64,000 nt of DNA from Guillardia theta CCMP2712 (Eukaryota; Protista; Cryptophyta): contig NW_005434664.1 in assembly GCF_000315625.1 (NCBI RefSeq), positions 1,077,438-1,141,437 of the forward strand. The letters run 5' to 3'. The notes under the pieces were generated by a model that had not been told where the DNA came from, searched no databases, and saw nothing but the letters and a program-made list of their open reading frames with translations. Positions 62,955 to 64,000 of this stretch are shown here, one piece after another. Position numbers and translations under genes: made by a program. The first letter of the stretch is position 1. Every line of letters starts with the position of its first letter.

Positions 62955-63983
62955 AGCGCCGGTTATTCCAGGCAGCGCCGGTTATTCCAGGCAGCGCCGG
63001 TTATTCCAGGCAGCGCCGGTTATTCCAGGCAGCGCCGGTTATTCCAGGCAGCGCCGGTTATTCCAGGCAGCGCCGGTTATTCCAGGCAGCGCCGGTTATT
63101 CCAGGCAGCGCCGGTTATTCCAGGCAGCGCCGGTTATTCCAGGCAGCGCCGGTTATTCCAGGCAGCGCCGGTTATTCCAGGCAGCGCCGGTTATTCCAGG
63201 CAGCGCCGGTTATTCCAGGCAGCGCCGGTTATTCCAGGCAGCGCCGGTTATTCCAGGCAGCGCCGGTTATTCCAGGCAGCGCCGGTTATTCCAGGCAGCG
63301 CCGGTTATTCCAGGCAGCGCCGGTTATTCCAGGCAGCGCCGGTTATTCCAGGCGGAGCGCCGGTTATTCCAGGCAGCGCCGGTTATTCCAGGCAGCGCCG
63401 GTTATTCCAGGCAGCGCCGGTTATTCCAGGCAGCGCCGGTTATTCCAGGCAGCGGCCGGTTATTCCAGGCAGCGCCGGTTATTCCAGGCAGCGCCGGTTA
63501 TTCCAGGCAGCGTCGGTTATTCCAGGCAGCGCCGGTTATTCCAGGCAGCGCCGGTTATTCCAGGCAGCGCCGGTTATTCCAGGCAGCGCCGGTTATTCCA
63601 GGCAGCGCCGGTTATTCCAGGCAGCGCCGGTTATTCCAGGCAGCGCCGGTTATTCCAGGCAGCGCCGGTTATTCCAGGCAGCGCCGGTTATTCCAGGCAG
63701 CGCCGGTTATTCCAGGCAGCGCCGGTTATTCCAGGCAGCGCCGGTTATTCCAGGCAGCGCCGGTTATTCCAGGCAGCGCCGGTTATTCCAGGCAGCGCCG
63801 GTTATTCCAGGCAGCGCCGGTTATTCCAGGCAGCGCCGGTTATTCCAGGCAGCGCCGGTTATTCCAGGCAGCGCCGGTTATTCCAGGCAGCGCCGGTTAT
63901 TCCAGGCAGCGCCGGTTATTCCAGGCAGCGCCGGTTATTCCAGGCAGCGCCGGTTATTCCAGGCAGCGCCGGTTATTCCAGGC
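62955..63983. repeat. 19-bp subtelomeric satellite AGCGCCGGTTATTCCAGGC x~54
   Basis: Nearly perfect head-to-tail array with only three variant units (~63352, ~63453, ~63513). Confidence 0.97.
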
Positions 63984-64000
63984 AAGCACTTCCCAGTGGA

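Noticed and set aside
62955-63983. CRISPR array
   Set aside because: Head-to-tail repeats with no spacers, no cas genes and a eukaryotic context.

Overview
Gene-dense eukaryotic nuclear DNA with many short (~40-60 nt) GT/GC-AG introns, bipartite plastid-targeting leaders (signal peptide plus A-F/C-F motif) and TTTAGGG repeats at the right end. This fits a cryptophyte such as Guillardia theta (inference) close to a chromosome end. Recognisable genes: two inverted near-identical copies of IFT56/TTC26, a C2H2+RING protein, a ubiquitin-like-domain protein, PRA1, a Cys-rich PH-like+SANT protein, a large caspase-like (peptidase C14) protein, an intronless patatin with an EF-hand insertion, a family-16 methyltransferase, an RWP-RK factor, a plastid GNAT, THF1/Psb29, a Kelch-FTP-EGF membrane protein and a PKA regulatory subunit. 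The most notable observation is that the PKA regulatory subunit is internally circularly permuted: the C-terminal half of cyclic-nucleotide-binding domain B lies before the inhibitor site and domain A, and its N-terminal half ends the protein. Other highlights are a dispersed ~35-50 bp intergenic element tied to GC-rich islands that appear to grow by micro-insertions, a gene-precise inverted duplication, and a mosaic subtelomere with a (TAA)n-tailed insert and a hairpin-forming 19-bp satellite. Exon structures were assembled by eye, so coordinates of multi-exon genes are approximate.
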